Source of the DNA: an uncultured Thermoplasmata archaeon
GTDB lineage: Archaea > Thermoplasmatota > Thermoplasmata > GCA-020350865
Direction of reading: 5' to 3'
Length of the DNA: 24,000 nucleotides
Assembly: GCA_965371185.1 (NCBI GenBank)
Contig: CBDUXN010000001.1
Span: 1 to 24,000, forward strand
Shown: positions 22,206 to 24,000 of the stretch, piece after piece
Numbering within the stretch: position 1 is the first letter of the stretch
Layout of the letters: every line of letters starts with the position of its first letter
Made by a program: the position numbers and the translations under genes
The notes under the pieces: model-generated
Databases searched by the model: none
What the model saw: only the letters and a program-made list of their open reading frames with translations
What the model was told of the DNA's origin: nothing

Positions 22206-22763
22206 TCATATGTTCAGGTCATATTTGAGTTTATTTATAGCGATTTCTATATCCTCGATATGTTTTGCACCGGTACAAACGACTTTCCCGGTTTGGAAAA
22301 GCAACAACACCGTCTTAGGCTCATCAATTCGGTACACCAGACCTGGAAATTGCTCTGGTTCGTATTCTACATTCTCCAGGCCCAGGCTTACCGCAACATC
22401 AATTAGGTTCAACCTCACACCCAAATCGCATGTTGCCACGATGTTCTGAATAGTGATATTCGGATTTTTATTCACCTTGAAGTTCGCATCTCCAAGTATT
22501 TTGACAAGGGTTTCTATGCTTCGATCGACATTTTCTATATCCTTCCCGCCCGTGCACACGACTTGTCCACTTTTAAACAGGAGCAACGTGGTTCCCAGCT
22601 CCCTTAAACGAAAGACGAGCCCTGGAAATATCGCGGGATCATATTCTGTCCCATTCATCATCCGGTGAATAAGCTTTAGATCGAGATTCTCGGCAACAGG
22701 CGTCGTAGCAACGAGATTTTGTATTTTTATATTATTCATGTTAACATCTACCATAACAGTCAA
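22206..22763 (-). CDS. tbp: TATA-box-binding protein, paralogue B (divergent)
   Basis: Two TBP repeats: NIKIQNLVATT..YDPAIFPGLVFRL..LLLFKSGQVVCTGGK and ITIQNIVATCDLG..YEPEQFPGLVYRI..LLLFQTGKVVCTGAK. The track start is TTG 22763 (TTGA-type overlap with the upstream TBP stop, no SD). ATG 22754 or ATG 22739 are alternatives. Confidence 0.9.
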   Translation of the reverse strand: MTVMVDVNMNNIKIQNLVATTPVAENLDLKLIHRMMNGTEYDPAIFPGLVFRLRELGTTLLLFKSGQVVCTGGKDIENVDRSIETLVKILGDANFKVNKNPNITIQNIVATCDLGVRLNLIDVAVSLGLENVEYEPEQFPGLVYRIDEPKTVLLLFQTGKVVCTGAKHIEDIEIAINKLKYDLNI

Positions 22764-23308
22764 TGTAGTAGGCCTGCAGCTTTCAACTCCTTTTTGAGCG
22801 CTTCCACAGTTAGGTCCAAGTCCTCTGCTCGCTTCGCACCGGTCAATACGACCTTCCCGGACCCGAAAAGCAATGTTACCACTTTCGGGTTGCTGAAGCG
22901 GTATACCAGGCCGGGGAACTGCTCAGGCTCGTATTCAACCCCTTCCAAACCGAGGGTCACTGCGATTGCCGTCAGATTCAACTCGTGACCTAGGTCATAG
23001 ACAGCAACCATGTTTTGAATCTTTATTTCTGGGTTCTTAATTATTGGGATACCGGCCTTATCTAGTAGATTTATCACAATATTGATGGATTTTCGAACGT
23101 CATCCATACTTTTTCCACCGGTACAGTTGACCTTTCCGCTTCTAAAGAGCAACAGTGCGGTCTTCGGCTCCTTTATCCTGAAAATAAGGCCGGGAAATTG
23201 TTCAGGCTCGTACTCTGCACCCTCTAGGGCCATAGCAATCGCGGTCAAATCGAGACTATCTGCAATTTGCGTTGATGCAACGATATTCTCAACCTTTGCT
23301 TTTGTCAT
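22760..23308 (-). CDS. tbp: TATA-box-binding protein, paralogue A
   Basis: Two TBP repeats: KVENIVASTQI..YEPEQFPGLIFRI..LLLFRSGKVNCTGGK and IKIQNMVAVYDLG..YEPEQFPGLVYRF..TLLFGSGKVVLTGAK. 182 aa, the canonical archaeal TBP size. Confidence 0.92.
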   Translation of the reverse strand: MTKAKVENIVASTQIADSLDLTAIAMALEGAEYEPEQFPGLIFRIKEPKTALLLFRSGKVNCTGGKSMDDVRKSINIVINLLDKAGIPIIKNPEIKIQNMVAVYDLGHELNLTAIAVTLGLEGVEYEPEQFPGLVYRFSNPKVVTLLFGSGKVVLTGAKRAEDLDLTVEALKKELKAAGLLH

Positions 23309-23352
23309 TTGGAGGTTACATAATTTCGACAGTGAAATACGTTTTGAGAAAG

Positions 23353-23360
23353 CTTTATAG
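23353..23360 (-). promoter_or_regulatory. Candidate TATA box for the TBP pair
   Basis: The minus strand reads ccactataaagctttc, 45-52 nt upstream of ATG 23308. There is no SD before the ATG (the upstream sequence reads ..aacctccaaATG). Confidence 0.3.
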
Positions 23361-23448
23361 TGGAGTAACTTAAAGTCGAAGAAAACTCGACAAATTGCGG
23401 GGAAGAGGAAAGCTCATCAGCATAACGATAAACATTTTTGTTACGATC

Positions 23449-24000
23449 TTATCTCAATCTGTTAAGAGTATCCATTCCCCTCCTTCTCTTTCTTTCGGCG
23501 AATTCTATCAGTTTATCGAGCCTTGTTGCTAGATCAACATGTGTGCCCTCTTCACGATCATCGAGTTCTTCTATGTAACCATGACGAATTGCTTCCGAGT
23601 AGATCGCCTCTCCGACATCAGTCCTGATTACCAAAGTTGTCCATCCTTCTGGCGAACCGAGACCTCCAAAGGAGATGTCCGCAAAGTCGTTGGAATAATC
23701 CGTGCATGCAAGGCAGGCTAGGCGAACGAATTCGTTCATTTTTTCCAAAGAGATGTGTCTCGTCTCTCCGTCTTTGAGCATGATGATGAAATTCTCCCTC
23801 AAATTCATTTTTTCGATATCATCCAAATTAACACCTAACACCTTCTCAACATCCTCTCTTTTCGAGGCATCGAAGGAAAAATTCTCTGCACAGAAGAGCC
23901 CGAGAACGAATTTTACCACATGTGAAGGAACAACGCTGAGGCTCTGCATCTTTCTGAGGGTGTGTACCTGACATGGAGTGCCCACAACTGCGATCCTTAT
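23449..24000 (-). CDS. FrhB/FdhB-family protein (F420-interacting FAD/Fe-S subunit family), 5'-partial at window edge
   Basis: The frame stays open to nt 24000 (..IRIAVV precedes the GTG used by the track). Family signatures present: VGTPCQVHTLRK, GLFCAENF, CLACTDYSNDFADISFGGLG. Confidence 0.8.
   Translation of the reverse strand: MRIAVVGTPCQVHTLRKMQSLSVVPSHVVKFVLGLFCAENFSFDASKREDVEKVLGVNLDDIEKMNLRENFIIMLKDGETRHISLEKMNEFVRLACLACTDYSNDFADISFGGLGSPEGWTTLVIRTDVGEAIYSEAIRHGYIEELDDREEGTHVDLATRLDKLIEFAERKRRRGMDTLNRLR

Noticed and set aside
1-24000. A search for CRISPR arrays, tRNA/rRNA genes, IS elements or integrases
   Set aside because: There are no regularly spaced repeats. No intergenic region is long enough or structured like a tRNA; the largest are 240, 194 and 140 nt and look like promoter/leader DNA. 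There is no transposase- or integrase-like translation in any frame.

Overview
Archaeal chromosomal window. Evidence: two TATA-binding-protein genes, TTTATATA-type promoter boxes, GGAGGTG Shine-Dalgarno motifs and Mvh/Hdr-type redox genes. The lineage cannot be determined from sequence alone, but the gene content fits a methanogen/ANME/Archaeoglobi-like anaerobe. 1-1520: a small accessory patch with a 5'-partial PD-(D/E)XK nuclease gene and a wHTH-nucleotidyltransferase/HEPN toxin-antitoxin pair. 1624-6204: a [NiFe]-hydrogenase block. hypE, a 69-aa unknown ORF and a maturation endopeptidase lie on the minus strand, divergent from mvhG-mvhA (group 3c-type F420-non-reducing hydrogenase) on the plus strand. 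6253-22011 is the dominant and most unusual feature: an essentially gap-free ~15.8-kb minus-strand array of 11 translationally coupled genes. It holds four HdrA-type flavoprotein units (three ~1000-aa tandem-fused double HdrAs, one split into 433-aa + 627-aa genes). It also holds four MvhD-type proteins (one minimal, three with a conserved ~125-aa C-terminal extension ending in a winged-helix-like domain) and two paralogous small Cys4 proteins. No hdrB/hdrC or mvhB lies in the window. Upstream of the array are two overlapping, diverged TBP paralogues (22206-23308) and a 5'-partial FrhB/FdhB-family gene (23449-24000). No rRNA, tRNA, CRISPR array or transposase was recognised. All calls come from reading motifs in the supplied translations and the raw sequence; no database search was possible, so novelty claims are provisional.
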